This document shows, piece by piece, positions 29,801-38,699 of a stretch of 64,000 bases of DNA. A program made the position numbers and the translations under genes. The notes under the pieces are model-generated. The model had not been told where the DNA came from. It saw only the letters and a list, made by a program, of their open reading frames with translations, and searched no databases. The stretch spans positions 256,001-320,000 of the forward strand of contig JBNKOC010000028.1 of NCBI GenBank assembly GCA_050294405.1, read 5' to 3'. Positions within the stretch are counted from its first letter, which is position 1; every line of letters begins with the position of its first letter. Source of the stretch: Fibrobacteria bacterium. Its GTDB lineage: Bacteria; Fibrobacterota; Fibrobacteria; UBA11236; JADFYW01.

Positions 29801-32800
29801 TGGTTCGTCTGTCTCTGGGTCCTCTTCAATTTTTGTATTGGGGGAAGGTTCATAACTTTCTTTTTCTTCCCGGTTGTTAATGACTTTAACCCGAAGGTAA
29901 TTGCTGTCCGAAACTTCAGGTTCTATTTCATATTGAGTGCTGCCGTCATTAAATATTTGGGCGTTTTCCCAATTGGTGTTACGGGGAGCCTCTTCCCAGG
30001 CATTTCCAATAAGGCTTACCCGGGCAAGCAATATTTCGGCTTGAGATACGCCGGGAGGTAAATCCCCCAGCCACATTCTTGTCATTTCCACATTGGATAA
30101 AAGTTTTTCAATGTCGTTGGCGCTGTTGGTAAAAATTTCGTGGTAAGAAGGCTCGTATATGGGAATTTGATATTTACGCCAATCATTTCGGAGGGGTTCG
30201 CAATTGGTGGAGGCATCGCATGTTTCTTCTAAATCAATGGAATAGCGTACAAAATTTTCTTTGGTATCCAGTACGCCATTGGAGTTTAAATCTTCGGTAT
30301 CATACAAGCGCCCGCTGTAATCATCGTTATTGTTTTCTGTGCCATTGATGCCGGGCAGAGGATCGGATTCACCCTCTTCGGGGTCCACATGGTCATCTTC
30401 TGCCGGGTCTTTTTCGCTGGAAAGCACGGTGTAACAGTCCGGTTTACATTCCCATTTTTGCCCTGTTTCTCCTGCGTTGGAGGGAATACCATCCAAGCCG
30501 TAATCTTTTGAATTGGTAAATTCACCGGGTAGTACTTCAGCATTTAAAATGCCATTGGGTTTATATCCTGCAATAGCAATATCTTCAGATACATTGCCTA
30601 AATCCACATTGAATTTTCCCTGGCGGCCTCTTATAACAACCTCTAAAATTCTTTGGCGGCTTTGGTTGCGAAGCCCAGGGCTCATGGCCCGCATGACACC
30701 GCCCCAGGATGTACCCTGAAGGTTATCGTTAGGCCTTAAAATAAATTTGAAAAGCCTTAGCTCGCGGGTGTTGGTACGGCTGCTCGATGTGGGCAAAAAA
30801 ACATTTTGAAATTGTTCGGTGAGGTTACTGTGCCAGATAAACTCTCCATTTCTTTGGTAATTTAAGAGGGGATCGTAATTGGGGTCCGTATCGCTGTTTC
30901 CCCCTGGAGGGGAGGCTTTAAACCAATTGTTAATGGTTAGGGGAAATTGAAACTCTTTTTTGGAACTTTCAAAGTCGTCTAAAAGAGCGGTGCCTTTGGG
31001 GTTTGGGTTGTAAAAGCTTTGTGCCATTTCCATTTCCCAATTCCATTTGGAGGGGGCTTGTGTTTCCACAAAGGGTACCAGATTTACAATATCAGTCATC
31101 CAACTGGGGCTTCCAGCCAGACGGCTGTTAAACCCCCACAAAAACTGCTGGAAGGGTTCTCTGCCCAGCTGAGGCCTTTCTTGAGTAGTGCTTTGGCTTT
31201 TGTATAAAAAGGTGGCTCCCAATAAACTTTCGTCGGATATTCCATCGAGCTTATACTCTAGGCGGGTTCCCAACAAGATTTTGTCCTGGATTTGAAAAAA
31301 GGGCGTACATTCATAACTAACATCAATTTTTGCGGTTGGGTCTTTGGCTCGCTGAGACAAAAGTGTTATTTGCCCTACTTCGTATAAAACCTCATAGTCC
31401 TCATCTTTTTTTAATTCAGTGGACCCGTTTAAATACAAACGCTCCGTTCCAGGTGTGATATCTAAACATCCAGACCCGCTAACTGAGTGAGACGTTTTAG
31501 TAACATCAAAAGTGGATTTTCTTTGTTTGCCAAAAATTTCGAAATGGTATTCGGAATTGAGTTCTCTGATTTCGTCAGGTGACCGGGTGTAAATTTGGGT
31601 ATTGGGATTTACTCTTTTAAAAGGTGTTAAACAATTTTTGTTATCCACCCCAAGGCCTGTGCTGTCCAAAACATTACAGGGGAGCACCAGATTTCCTTGT
31701 TCAAAATCAAAAATAAGAGGATTGTCGATATTTAATTCGGTGGGCTTATCGGGTTTGGTTAACCCAAGCAAGGTGGCATAGCTTTTTCCGCCTATGGTTT
31801 CTGCGTTGTTGGATTTCTTTTTTACTTTAAGTTTGAATTTGGATCTGTCTTCTGGGCTAACCTTGCCTATGCTGTATACATGCCGCCACATCAAGGGTTC
31901 TAAATCATTATTAACATCCACTCTTCGGGATTTGATTAATACCAATTTGGTTTTATCCGCAAAGGGAACTCCCGTGCGGGTTAAAGGATCCCCTCCGCCT
32001 CCATCCCAACGTACTGCATAGGAGGAATTCTGACGGGGTGAAAACAAGCTGAGCATTCTCAATTTGGAATTGTAATGGAAATCCTCCTCCGGTTTCAACT
32101 GTCTCCAACGGCCTCTTTCTTCGGGCTCGGTACGGTTCCCATTAATGTCAAAGGTATAAGCCACCGCTTCTTTAGCGGTGTTGTCATCGGTGTTAGTGTT
32201 TTCTTCAAGAATATATACTTCGGGAACCACCCCGGATTTGCCGTTGAAATAACTTTGGCTGCCTACCCCGGATACCCCTGTAGAATCGGCGTATTCGGCC
32301 CGGTCTTTGAGTTCAAGAAAAAAGTGTTTGTACAGCGATAAGTTGGTTTCGTCCAAATTGTAAACGGTTTCTTCTTCAGTTACTCCCAAAGTTTGCCTTT
32401 CCTGTGAGCCGCCTTCCTGAGAGGCAATGGTGGTAACATGCAAGTCTCCAAACTTCATGCGCACTTTTAAACCAAAAATTCCTTTGTGGTTATCTGTATA
32501 GCCTGTAAGTTGGGTGCCCGTTAAAGACAAACTGGTGTTTCCAGCTTCTATTTCCTGGATGATGTTGTCTTCCAGTTCATCCCCTTCTCCACGGTAGGCG
32601 ATTTTTAACTGATCTCTGAAGTTTGTGCCAAAGCCTTCTTCGTTAAAAATTTCAATATGTATAAGCCTTCCCACACTTCCTGTTACCGAGAAAGAAGGCT
32701 TGTTCTCCATGTTAAAGGTGGGAATCCAGTTATCTCTTGTTCCCCGTGAATCCCGCACGCTTTTACCTGAAACAATTACCTTATAAGAACCGTTGATGTT

Positions 32801-33310
32801 AAGCTTGGGTTTATCAGCCCCCCAACGCTTTAGCCATTCGGGAACCTTAACAGGAAGTTCCCACTCTAAAAAATTGCCTGAGCCTTCACTGGATTTAACC
32901 TCTTGTTGGCCGATGTATTGCTCCAACCAGAATTTATACATAGCTAAATTGCTAAGATCCATGCTATAGCTGCCCAATTCCCGATAATAGGTTTCGTAAA
33001 CCACATTGGAATCGGCCGCCCCGTCTATTTTTACATAGTGGATAACTTCTACTTCCCGTGTGTCGAAGTTGATTCGGTGGTAATTTTTCAAATACTTAGA
33101 ATTGATTTTTAGAATCCCATCGGATTCGTAACCTATTCCACGGGAAGGTAAAAGGCCGTCCATGGGTCTGGAATTTTTTGGGACTTTGAGATAATCTTTG
33201 GGAGTATTTTGAATGGACGAAGTGTTGGTAGTAAAAATCAGCGTGGCAAGGACAAATATCCCTAAGGCCCTTCCAAAGAAAGGGTTCATCTGGCTAAAAT
33301 ATCCTGGCAA
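26831..33310 (-). CDS. sprA: Cell surface protein SprA (T9SS outer-membrane translocon family)
   Basis: 2159 aa with signal peptide; DNIIQEIEAGNTSL...GIFGLK, ERPQLGREP, DDFE, WGGVMR, DLGNVSED, DTEDLNSNG motifs; C-terminal Phe. Confidence 0.88.
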   Translation of the reverse strand: MPGYFSQMNPFFGRALGIFVLATLIFTTNTSSIQNTPKDYLKVPKNSRPMDGLLPSRGIGYESDGILKINSKYLKNYHRINFDTREVEVIHYVKIDGAADSNVVYETYYRELGSYSMDLSNLAMYKFWLEQYIGQQEVKSSEGSGNFLEWELPVKVPEWLKRWGADKPKLNINGSYKVIVSGKSVRDSRGTRDNWIPTFNMENKPSFSVTGSVGRLIHIEIFNEEGFGTNFRDQLKIAYRGEGDELEDNIIQEIEAGNTSLSLTGTQLTGYTDNHKGIFGLKVRMKFGDLHVTTIASQEGGSQERQTLGVTEEETVYNLDETNLSLYKHFFLELKDRAEYADSTGVSGVGSQSYFNGKSGVVPEVYILEENTNTDDNTAKEAVAYTFDINGNRTEPEERGRWRQLKPEEDFHYNSKLRMLSLFSPRQNSSYAVRWDGGGGDPLTRTGVPFADKTKLVLIKSRRVDVNNDLEPLMWRHVYSIGKVSPEDRSKFKLKVKKKSNNAETIGGKSYATLLGLTKPDKPTELNIDNPLIFDFEQGNLVLPCNVLDSTGLGVDNKNCLTPFKRVNPNTQIYTRSPDEIRELNSEYHFEIFGKQRKSTFDVTKTSHSVSGSGCLDITPGTERLYLNGSTELKKDEDYEVLYEVGQITLLSQRAKDPTAKIDVSYECTPFFQIQDKILLGTRLEYKLDGISDESLLGATFLYKSQSTTQERPQLGREPFQQFLWGFNSRLAGSPSWMTDIVNLVPFVETQAPSKWNWEMEMAQSFYNPNPKGTALLDDFESSKKEFQFPLTINNWFKASPPGGNSDTDPNYDPLLNYQRNGEFIWHSNLTEQFQNVFLPTSSSRTNTRELRLFKFILRPNDNLQGTSWGGVMRAMSPGLRNQSRQRILEVVIRGRQGKFNVDLGNVSEDIAIAGYKPNGILNAEVLPGEFTNSKDYGLDGIPSNAGETGQKWECKPDCYTVLSSEKDPAEDDHVDPEEGESDPLPGINGTENNNDDYSGRLYDTEDLNSNGVLDTKENFVRYSIDLEETCDASTNCEPLRNDWRKYQIPIYEPSYHEIFTNSANDIEKLLSNVEMTRMWLGDLPPGVSQAEILLARVSLIGNAWEEAPRNTNWENAQIFNDGSTQYEIEPEVSDSNYLRVKVINNREEKESYEPSPNTKIEEDPETDEPLREQSLVLNYENLHPGEVVHATRIFGNDNKDLTLYSNLLMEVHPRYSADPQQNKVSFSLQLGRDDGNEESSNYYEIKIHADSTATSDHKSLWERHALDVRMGDLSALKNSSSWRSTRQNFVHSYNRARGDSSLVIGVVGDPSLSNINWMRLVIEVDSTAEVIQQGEFWVNDLRLRGVNRSSGISMRSSFQTEFADFINLSGNITATNGNFTSMTQNTKNTPANSKTTMDFNTNASLYANKFFPDAWGISLPLSIQYRGSVSRPFTKPYSDELLENHDISDLWDDFLSGELSSLNDSLDKQNAKSRYYQSRTLTEVMTAAYRKEKRSKNFFVQSAFERPALEFTYTNAKSGAPSQDDTTTSYKTRLTYDLSPYKPIQLKPWKFKKRSEYVPDFIQDFQFSPYPNRLNLVVADYSFVNSYQVKKDIQEIEPDVIEHDWEVDMTHGLDLSWRLFNFYNLNYRLSLIREFDNVHEEFSGPVFWDMNSRTGLFAWELLASSDSAAARGLDVYGVMANEKSRNNTFQMDFNPEILSFVSTSAKLSSQYKHTRSEEVSLTPTRLGVQGSFEPEHFQSESNHDISLNTGLRLNRLLQKLEKLSKPIPWLASSLKSANNGFNKIKLQNINASYTISHRYTGEEFTFEEMNRRGIDPFDFYAYQLGLIYDPSIIWNYPKFRDQVIMGHTNSDYRFFDYLSSPMVQNNQMKHIVTRTTDLRSGFTVPIIDLNLSGSMKWTKSYTFNRDYALARDNDTSFVFPDYTVTGRFSNFAPKIPFLKKHFRNFSANHSYNFKKEWRYNKWSEKANSINISHNFSPLVKLSATMKNNVRMENSVNWKFGHGVDSTKTLDSTQSPLLTWDGYKDLNTYSRKPDGGHTKKENWLWEDIFSLSYDIQTQKGIQFWRWYVKLENNLRFKLTAKVGAEKNTNYVKLAGNDNTKREVDLYEFNFSLRPEVSYNFTRKIDMLVYVQYMREQEFHTENEDTRQEIEVHSEFTMRF

Positions 33311-33505
33311 ATTTTTACCTAACTATTTTCCTATTGTACCAATGACTGTTTTTGTTCAATTTGAGTAATATTATACGAAATGGCCAAGTCTCAAACTGCA
33401 CTTTCCCCAAAAAAAGTAAAGGCTTCAAAACACTTTGTTGTAGCTGGATTTCTATTTTGTAAGATTTTAAAGCATATTGTGTAGCAGCATGGTAACGAGG
33501 AATTT

Positions 33506-34336
33506 TTGAACGAAAAAGAAAGAAATCACCGCCGGGCTTTCGGCCAAAACTTTTTAATCGACGACTCGGTTATTGCCCAGTTATGTGAAGATGTGCCGGT
33601 GTTAAAGGAAGATGGCATTATTGAAATTGGTCCGGGTCGCGGGGCCCTGAGCTCTTTGCTCATCAAAAGCTGTTATAAATTTATGGCAATAGAAAAAGAC
33701 CCCAAGTGTCTGGAGTTTTTGAAAAGCAAGAGCCTTTTTGAAAAGGCCGAATTTATCGAAGCAGACGCCAGCCGTGTTGATTTAAAATCTGTTTTTACGC
33801 CATTTAAAGGAATTGAAAACATCCATTTGGTGGGAAACTTGCCTTATAATATGACAGGTCCCATCTTAAAACATTTTTTGCCTGTACTGGGAAAGTTTAA
33901 GACTTGCCAGTTCATGGTGCAGTATGAAGTGGCCAAACGCATGGTAGCCGACCCTGGTAGTAAAAACTTTGGTTCCCTTTCAGTTATGGTGCAAAATTAC
34001 TCCAGGGCCAAGTTGTTGCGGAAAGTTCCACCTGATGCCTTTAGGCCTAAGCCCAATGTATTTTCGGCTACAGTTTCTCTCTGGCCGCACCCAAGCCCCA
34101 TAAACGATAGCCCTTTGTTCCCCATATATGTGAAGCAGTCCTTTTCACAAAAAAGAAAAAAGCTAAGCAATTGCCTGGGCCCTTTATTGCCCAAAGCTCA
34201 AATTTTGGAATCTCTTAAAAAACTGGATTTAAGCCCGGATATTAGGGCAGAGCAACTGGGCGTTAAAGAGCACAACCAGCTTTTTCATTTGTTGGTACCA
34301 ACTTTAGAAAAAGTATTTAACAAGGAATCTGATTAA
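33506..34336 (+). CDS. rsmA: 16S rRNA (A1518/A1519) dimethyltransferase
   Basis: FGQNFLID, EIGPGRGAL, VGNLPYN, MVQYEVA, FRPKPNV, RAEQL. Confidence 0.95.
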   Translation: MNEKERNHRRAFGQNFLIDDSVIAQLCEDVPVLKEDGIIEIGPGRGALSSLLIKSCYKFMAIEKDPKCLEFLKSKSLFEKAEFIEADASRVDLKSVFTPFKGIENIHLVGNLPYNMTGPILKHFLPVLGKFKTCQFMVQYEVAKRMVADPGSKNFGSLSVMVQNYSRAKLLRKVPPDAFRPKPNVFSATVSLWPHPSPINDSPLFPIYVKQSFSQKRKKLSNCLGPLLPKAQILESLKKLDLSPDIRAEQLGVKEHNQLFHLLVPTLEKVFNKESD

Positions 34337-34340
34337 GCTG

Positions 34341-34760
34341 TTATGCGGCCATTAATTTTGGCCGGGGGGCATTAACATAGGCGCTGGCCGCTTGATTCTT
34401 TCGAGTAACATCGGCTAATTCACCTCGCAAGGAATCCATTTTAGTGCGCATTTTTTTCATTAAATCGAATTCGGTTTTTCTTAAGGTGGTGAGCAGGTCC
34501 CGAATCATTTTCTTTTTTTCCAATATTAATGCCTGTTCGTTGGCGGGAATGTTCTTGGTGGTTTTAAAAACTTTTAACAAAGCCCCTGCATTTTTGGAAG
34601 CGATGTCGGTTTTCCCCAAAATCCGTTGCCGGGTTTGAAGCCATTTTAAGACTTCACCCTCTTCCTCCGGTTTAATTTTTCCGGTGTAATCCAAAGCAAG
34701 CTGGTAGAGTCCGTATAGAACATCCAGCTCAGCTGCAACTTGTTGGGTAATAGCGTGCAT
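34341..34760 (-). CDS. Hypothetical helical protein in the FliT position (possible FliD export chaperone)
   Basis: All-helical 139 aa with C-terminal ASAY; TAATG overlap with fliS. Confidence 0.5.
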   Translation of the reverse strand: MHAITQQVAAELDVLYGLYQLALDYTGKIKPEEEGEVLKWLQTRQRILGKTDIASKNAGALLKVFKTTKNIPANEQALILEKKKMIRDLLTTLRKTEFDLMKKMRTKMDSLRGELADVTRKNQAASAYVNAPRPKLMAA

Positions 34761-35191
34761 TAACCCACCATTTTAATTTGGTTATTTGGAATTTCATTAA
34801 ATTTTTGACGGTCTTCCTTGCGAACCATGTCGATAGCCTGAACCCAGGCTTCTCTTAGTTCTCTCATCATGGTTTCCACTTCGGCAACGGGTCCTGCATC
34901 TGATTTTTGAATTGCTTGGGATAGGTGTCGGTTGTAAAAGTTGTAAAGTCCGAAAAGGTTTTTGGAAATTTCCCCGCCTTTTTCCATATCCAATGCACAG
35001 GTAAGTTCTGTTATTCCATCCTGTACTTTAAAAATAGCCTTAGTGGACTCCGCTGTTTTTTTGGCTTCCATGGCTTCTTTGGCCAATTTACACCATTTTA
35101 AACAGTGATCGTAAATCATCACAATTAGCTTACCCCTATCGGCTGTCGATATATTGGCAGTCTGATAGGATTGATATCTCTGATCTTTCAT
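34760..35191 (-). CDS. fliS: Flagellar export chaperone FliS
   Basis: YQTANISTADRGKLIVMIYD, ELTCALDMEKGGEISKNL.GLY, ELREAW. Confidence 0.95.
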   Translation of the reverse strand: MKDQRYQSYQTANISTADRGKLIVMIYDHCLKWCKLAKEAMEAKKTAESTKAIFKVQDGITELTCALDMEKGGEISKNLFGLYNFYNRHLSQAIQKSDAGPVAEVETMMRELREAWVQAIDMVRKEDRQKFNEIPNNQIKMVG

Positions 35192-35210
35192 AGCGCGATG
35201 CTCCCTGTTA

Positions 35211-37283
35211 TTAACCTAACGCACCCATTTGCGCCTGGAAGGAGGCGCTTTGGGATTGGAGCCGGGACATGGCATTTTCCAAATCCGCAAACTGACGGAT
35301 CATCCTGGCTCTAAAATTATCTGCTGCATCAGACAGCTTTTCTACTCTCTCCCTGTAATTGTCTATTTGCCGTTCAATCGAAGTTTTTGTGGTTTTGAAA
35401 TAGCCATCAATGCCGTCGTTGGCATTTTTCCAGTATTGCTGGATTTTTCCACCGATACCCCGAATGAATGTAAAACTACCTGTGCCAGATCCAGCTTCCG
35501 CTTCAACGGCAAGGCCTTTGGAATCGCCGGTTTGGCCTGTTAAAACGACGCCAAGTCGACTGGCACTTTGCATGGAGTTCCCAGCTGTCGTGGGGTCGGA
35601 GTCCATCAAGTTGTTATCGGCGTCTATCTGGTAAGTGCCGGTATTGCTGTATTTGTCGTACCTACCCATCTTGTGTTGGGGGTTGTCCGAATAACCGTGC
35701 ACCACAAATAAATTGCGAACACCTTCAAAATCTGTATTCAAAGCTTTTTTGAATTTTTCTTCATCAATGGAAAGGGTTCCATCGGTTGTGGAAGAAGTAA
35801 TTCCAATAGTGGCCAGGCTGGTATATTTGGATTTAGCGGCCAATTCATTAATGGGCTCAGTAACCAAAGCTCTTAATTCACTTTTAAGTCTTAATATGGT
35901 GGAGTCCGAAGAAAAAGGCCCTTTTTTACCAACAGTTTCCTTAGCATTTGGGTCATCTTCATTTTCTTTGATTTCCACTTTTGATTTTTCATCTAAAAAT
36001 TTGATAACAGCATTGTAGGCGTCTAAAAAACCCTGGATTTTTTCCTGAATTTTGGTGTCGTCCCGTTCCAGGCTAACTTCAATAACTTCGCCCAAACTTG
36101 CTTTATGTAATTCAAAGCTGGTGCCAGTCACAATGCTGTCCGCTTTGTTGGAATCGGAGGATACGGAAAGGCCATCAACACGGAAAAAGGCTTTTTTACC
36201 TTCACTCAATATATTGTTAAAGTAGTTTTGCGCATTTCCCTGTCCGCCAATTGGAGTTAGCTGCATGGTGGAGCCTGAAGCGTTGGCATCATTAAAAGAA
36301 AGGTCCATGGTCATTTCCTGGACCCCGCCACTCAAATCATTAATTACAATTTCACCCGAAGAATTAAGGGATACGTTTACAGTGGCCCCTGCGCTTTGGT
36401 ACACATTTTGAACTTCATCTAATAAATCCTGAATAGTGGAGGCAGCTCCTAAAGTAAAGGTACCAGCTACCGCATTTCCATTGGCATCAGTTCCAGAAAT
36501 GTTGATTTCATCTCCGGCATCTACAGCTGCATTTACCCCAAGACCTGTGTAGAGATCAGAAAAGAGAGTGGCAGTATCAGCAGCCCCAATAGTATTTAAG
36601 CGAAAATTAAAATCAGAACGAAGGCTTTGCTGGTAATTTAAAATGTCAAATCCACCGGCATCTAAAATATTGGCGCCCCCGGTATCCTGGAGGAAAAAAC
36701 CATCCGTTCCTTCATCAACCGCGCTTAAAACCAGTCTGTAATCGTTCTCCCCCAAACTAATGATTGAGGCGCGTACACCGGCCCCTTCCAGGGAGTTAAT
36801 TTGGTTGGCCACATCTTTTAAAGTATCTCCGGCGTTTACCAAAACTTCAACTGTGGTTTCGGTAGGGTCATCTTCGATGGCCGCTTTGGATTTGCTGATT
36901 TCAAAGCTTCCGCTAAAACCAAAGGCAGAGACGGTTGAGTTAAAAGCTCTTGAAGTGACTTTTAAAGAACTGGCCAAACTTTCTACTTCAACCTGATAGG
37001 TACCGGGAATGGCGTCTTCATCCCCTTCCACGGTCACAATATCTTCGTCGGAAGAACTGGCAGCGTATAGATTAAAAGCGTCCAAACTGGCTAATTTTTC
37101 GCCAATTCCTGAAAATTCAGCTACTTTGCCCTGTAGCTGATTAAAGGCCTCTAATTTATCCTCTACAACTTGTTGTTTGGCTTCTTCGCGGCGAACCTTC
37201 ACCATTTCCAGGTCGGTTAGACCCTCAATAATGGCGTTGGTGTCTAGTCCTGATGCGAGTCCGCCTACAGATAGAGATTCCAT
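35211..37283 (-). CDS. fliD: Flagellar filament capping protein FliD
   Basis: GLASGLDT N-terminus, FLDAYNAV, LATIGIT...GTLSIDEEKFKKAL, QFADLENAMSRLQSQ C-terminus. Confidence 0.95.
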   Translation of the reverse strand: MESLSVGGLASGLDTNAIIEGLTDLEMVKVRREEAKQQVVEDKLEAFNQLQGKVAEFSGIGEKLASLDAFNLYAASSSDEDIVTVEGDEDAIPGTYQVEVESLASSLKVTSRAFNSTVSAFGFSGSFEISKSKAAIEDDPTETTVEVLVNAGDTLKDVANQINSLEGAGVRASIISLGENDYRLVLSAVDEGTDGFFLQDTGGANILDAGGFDILNYQQSLRSDFNFRLNTIGAADTATLFSDLYTGLGVNAAVDAGDEINISGTDANGNAVAGTFTLGAASTIQDLLDEVQNVYQSAGATVNVSLNSSGEIVINDLSGGVQEMTMDLSFNDANASGSTMQLTPIGGQGNAQNYFNNILSEGKKAFFRVDGLSVSSDSNKADSIVTGTSFELHKASLGEVIEVSLERDDTKIQEKIQGFLDAYNAVIKFLDEKSKVEIKENEDDPNAKETVGKKGPFSSDSTILRLKSELRALVTEPINELAAKSKYTSLATIGITSSTTDGTLSIDEEKFKKALNTDFEGVRNLFVVHGYSDNPQHKMGRYDKYSNTGTYQIDADNNLMDSDPTTAGNSMQSASRLGVVLTGQTGDSKGLAVEAEAGSGTGSFTFIRGIGGKIQQYWKNANDGIDGYFKTTKTSIERQIDNYRERVEKLSDAADNFRARMIRQFADLENAMSRLQSQSASFQAQMGALG

Positions 37284-37321
37284 AATAACCTTTTTAATTC
37301 ACCTTAAGCTGTACTCTTCTT

Positions 37322-37348
37322 ATATCGACCTAATCTTAAAAAGCCTTA
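37322..37348 (-). promoter_or_regulatory. Sigma28 (FliA)-type promoter of the fliD-fliS operon
   Basis: Minus strand TAAG-N15-GTCGATAT versus consensus TAAA-N15-GCCGATAA, 38 nt upstream of the fliD ATG. Confidence 0.7.
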
Positions 37349-37381
37349 ACAGTTTTTATCTCTTATATGGAAAATAAGGTT

Positions 37382-37529
37382 GTCACAATAATTGACGTCA
37401 GATTTTCTTCGGTTTAAGTGTTTTTTAATGGCTTTGGTTTTAAGAAATGCCTTTGAAAGAAAGATGAATCAACATGTCATTACACATGACTCAATACGTC
37501 AAAATAAATGACTGTCAAAAAATAGCGAC
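37382..37529. promoter_or_regulatory. Array of GTCA-N7-TGAC palindromes (putative enhancer-binding protein sites)
   Basis: Exact copies at 37382-37396, 37476-37490 and 37498-37512; degenerate GTCA-N8-CGAC at 37514-37529. Confidence 0.6.
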
Positions 37530-37699
37530 AAGGGATTTTGCAAAAAAACCGAAATTTGGATATTTATTCAATTCTAAAAAAATTCAGACTATAGATTAAT
37601 TAAAATTTTTTAGCGAATGGCTTATCTTGTTAATTGTTAGGCATTTATGAAGTTTTTAGAGCTGGAAAAAAGCCTTGACATTGTAAATTTTTCTTGATC

Positions 37700-37737
37700 T
37701 GGTCTGAGATTTGCTTTTCTGGGGGCATGGATTTGCA
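37700..37737 (+). promoter_or_regulatory. Putative sigma54 (-24/-12) promoter(s) of the sigma factor gene
   Basis: TGGTCTGAGATTTGCT (GG 37701-02, GC 37713-14) and GGGCATGGATTTGCA (GG 37723-24, GC 37735-36); both have GG-N10-GC spacing and TTGC. Confidence 0.5.
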
Positions 37738-37779
37738 ATTCATTAAAAGCACAGCCACTCAACCAAAAAAAAGGATTTT

Positions 37780-38595
37780 ATGAAGCTTATTACCTCTGAT
37801 GAGTCATTAAAATTATACCTGGAAGATATTCGAAAAACCGCTCCTATGAATCGGCAAGAGGAACACCAGTTGTTCACATTATGCCGAAAAGGGAATAAAA
37901 CAGCCAAACAGCGGTTAATCGAAGCTAATATGAGATTTGTATTAAAGGTGTCCCTCCAATACAGGGGCTGCCCCATTCCCCTTCCCGATTTAGTTAGCGA
38001 AGGAGCCATGGGTTTAATCAGAGCCATCGAAAGTTTTGATCACACCCGAGGTCTGAAATTTATATCCTACGCCGTTTGGTGGATAAAAGCCTATATCACC
38101 CGGGCCATTAACGAACAGGGATCTCTCATTCGCTTGCCAGCCAACCAGCATCTTAAAATCCGAAAAGCTTTAAAAGACAAAAATAAAGTGGCTCTTTCAG
38201 ACGATATCAAAGAGTTGATCAATTTGGGCGAACGGGGAATTTCCTTTGACGCAGCCTTAAAGCCCGACTCCAATGCCACCTATGGCGAAGTCTTGGCCGA
38301 TGAAAAAGCTCCCAACCCCGAATCTGAAACAGAGCTTCATTCCATTTGCACTTTGGCAAAAGAATTAATGTCTCAGTTACCCGAACGAGAAGCACAGGTT
38401 TTGAAAGGCCTTTATGGAATAAATCACGAAGCCCCTCAAACTTTGCGGGAAATCGGCGAAGCCATGAATGTCAGTCACGAAAGAGTACGTCAGCTTAGAG
38501 ATCAGGCTTTCAAACGCATTCGTCGCGGCCGCAATAGACAAGCCCTTCGGGAAAAATACCGAGGCTATATCGATGCCATTGCAAAAGTAGCCTAG
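37780..38595 (+). CDS. RNA polymerase sigma70-family factor (RpoD-like, lacking region 1.1)
   Basis: Region 1.2 (SLKLYLEDI), region 2 (DLVSEGAMGLIRAIESFDHTRGLKFISYAVWWI), region 4 (TLREIGEAMNVSHERVRQL). Confidence 0.93.
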   Translation: MKLITSDESLKLYLEDIRKTAPMNRQEEHQLFTLCRKGNKTAKQRLIEANMRFVLKVSLQYRGCPIPLPDLVSEGAMGLIRAIESFDHTRGLKFISYAVWWIKAYITRAINEQGSLIRLPANQHLKIRKALKDKNKVALSDDIKELINLGERGISFDAALKPDSNATYGEVLADEKAPNPESETELHSICTLAKELMSQLPEREAQVLKGLYGINHEAPQTLREIGEAMNVSHERVRQLRDQAFKRIRRGRNRQALREKYRGYIDAIAKVA

Positions 38596-38609
38596 GTTAT
38601 CCTTCAATC

Positions 38610-38644
38610 AAAAAAAGCGCGGAGAATATCTCCGCGCTTTTTTT
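38610..38644. terminator. Bidirectional rho-independent terminator
   Basis: A7-GCGCGGAGA-ATA-TCTCCGCGC-T7 between convergent genes. Confidence 0.9.
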
Positions 38645-38699
38645 GTTTTTAGTCCTTAAATAGATGAAAACTCGCAATTCCCAATTTTTAAAGTTTTCC

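Noticed and set aside
37675..37703. TTGACA as a sigma70 -35 box for the sigma gene
   Set aside because: No -10-like hexamer at 16-18 bp spacing
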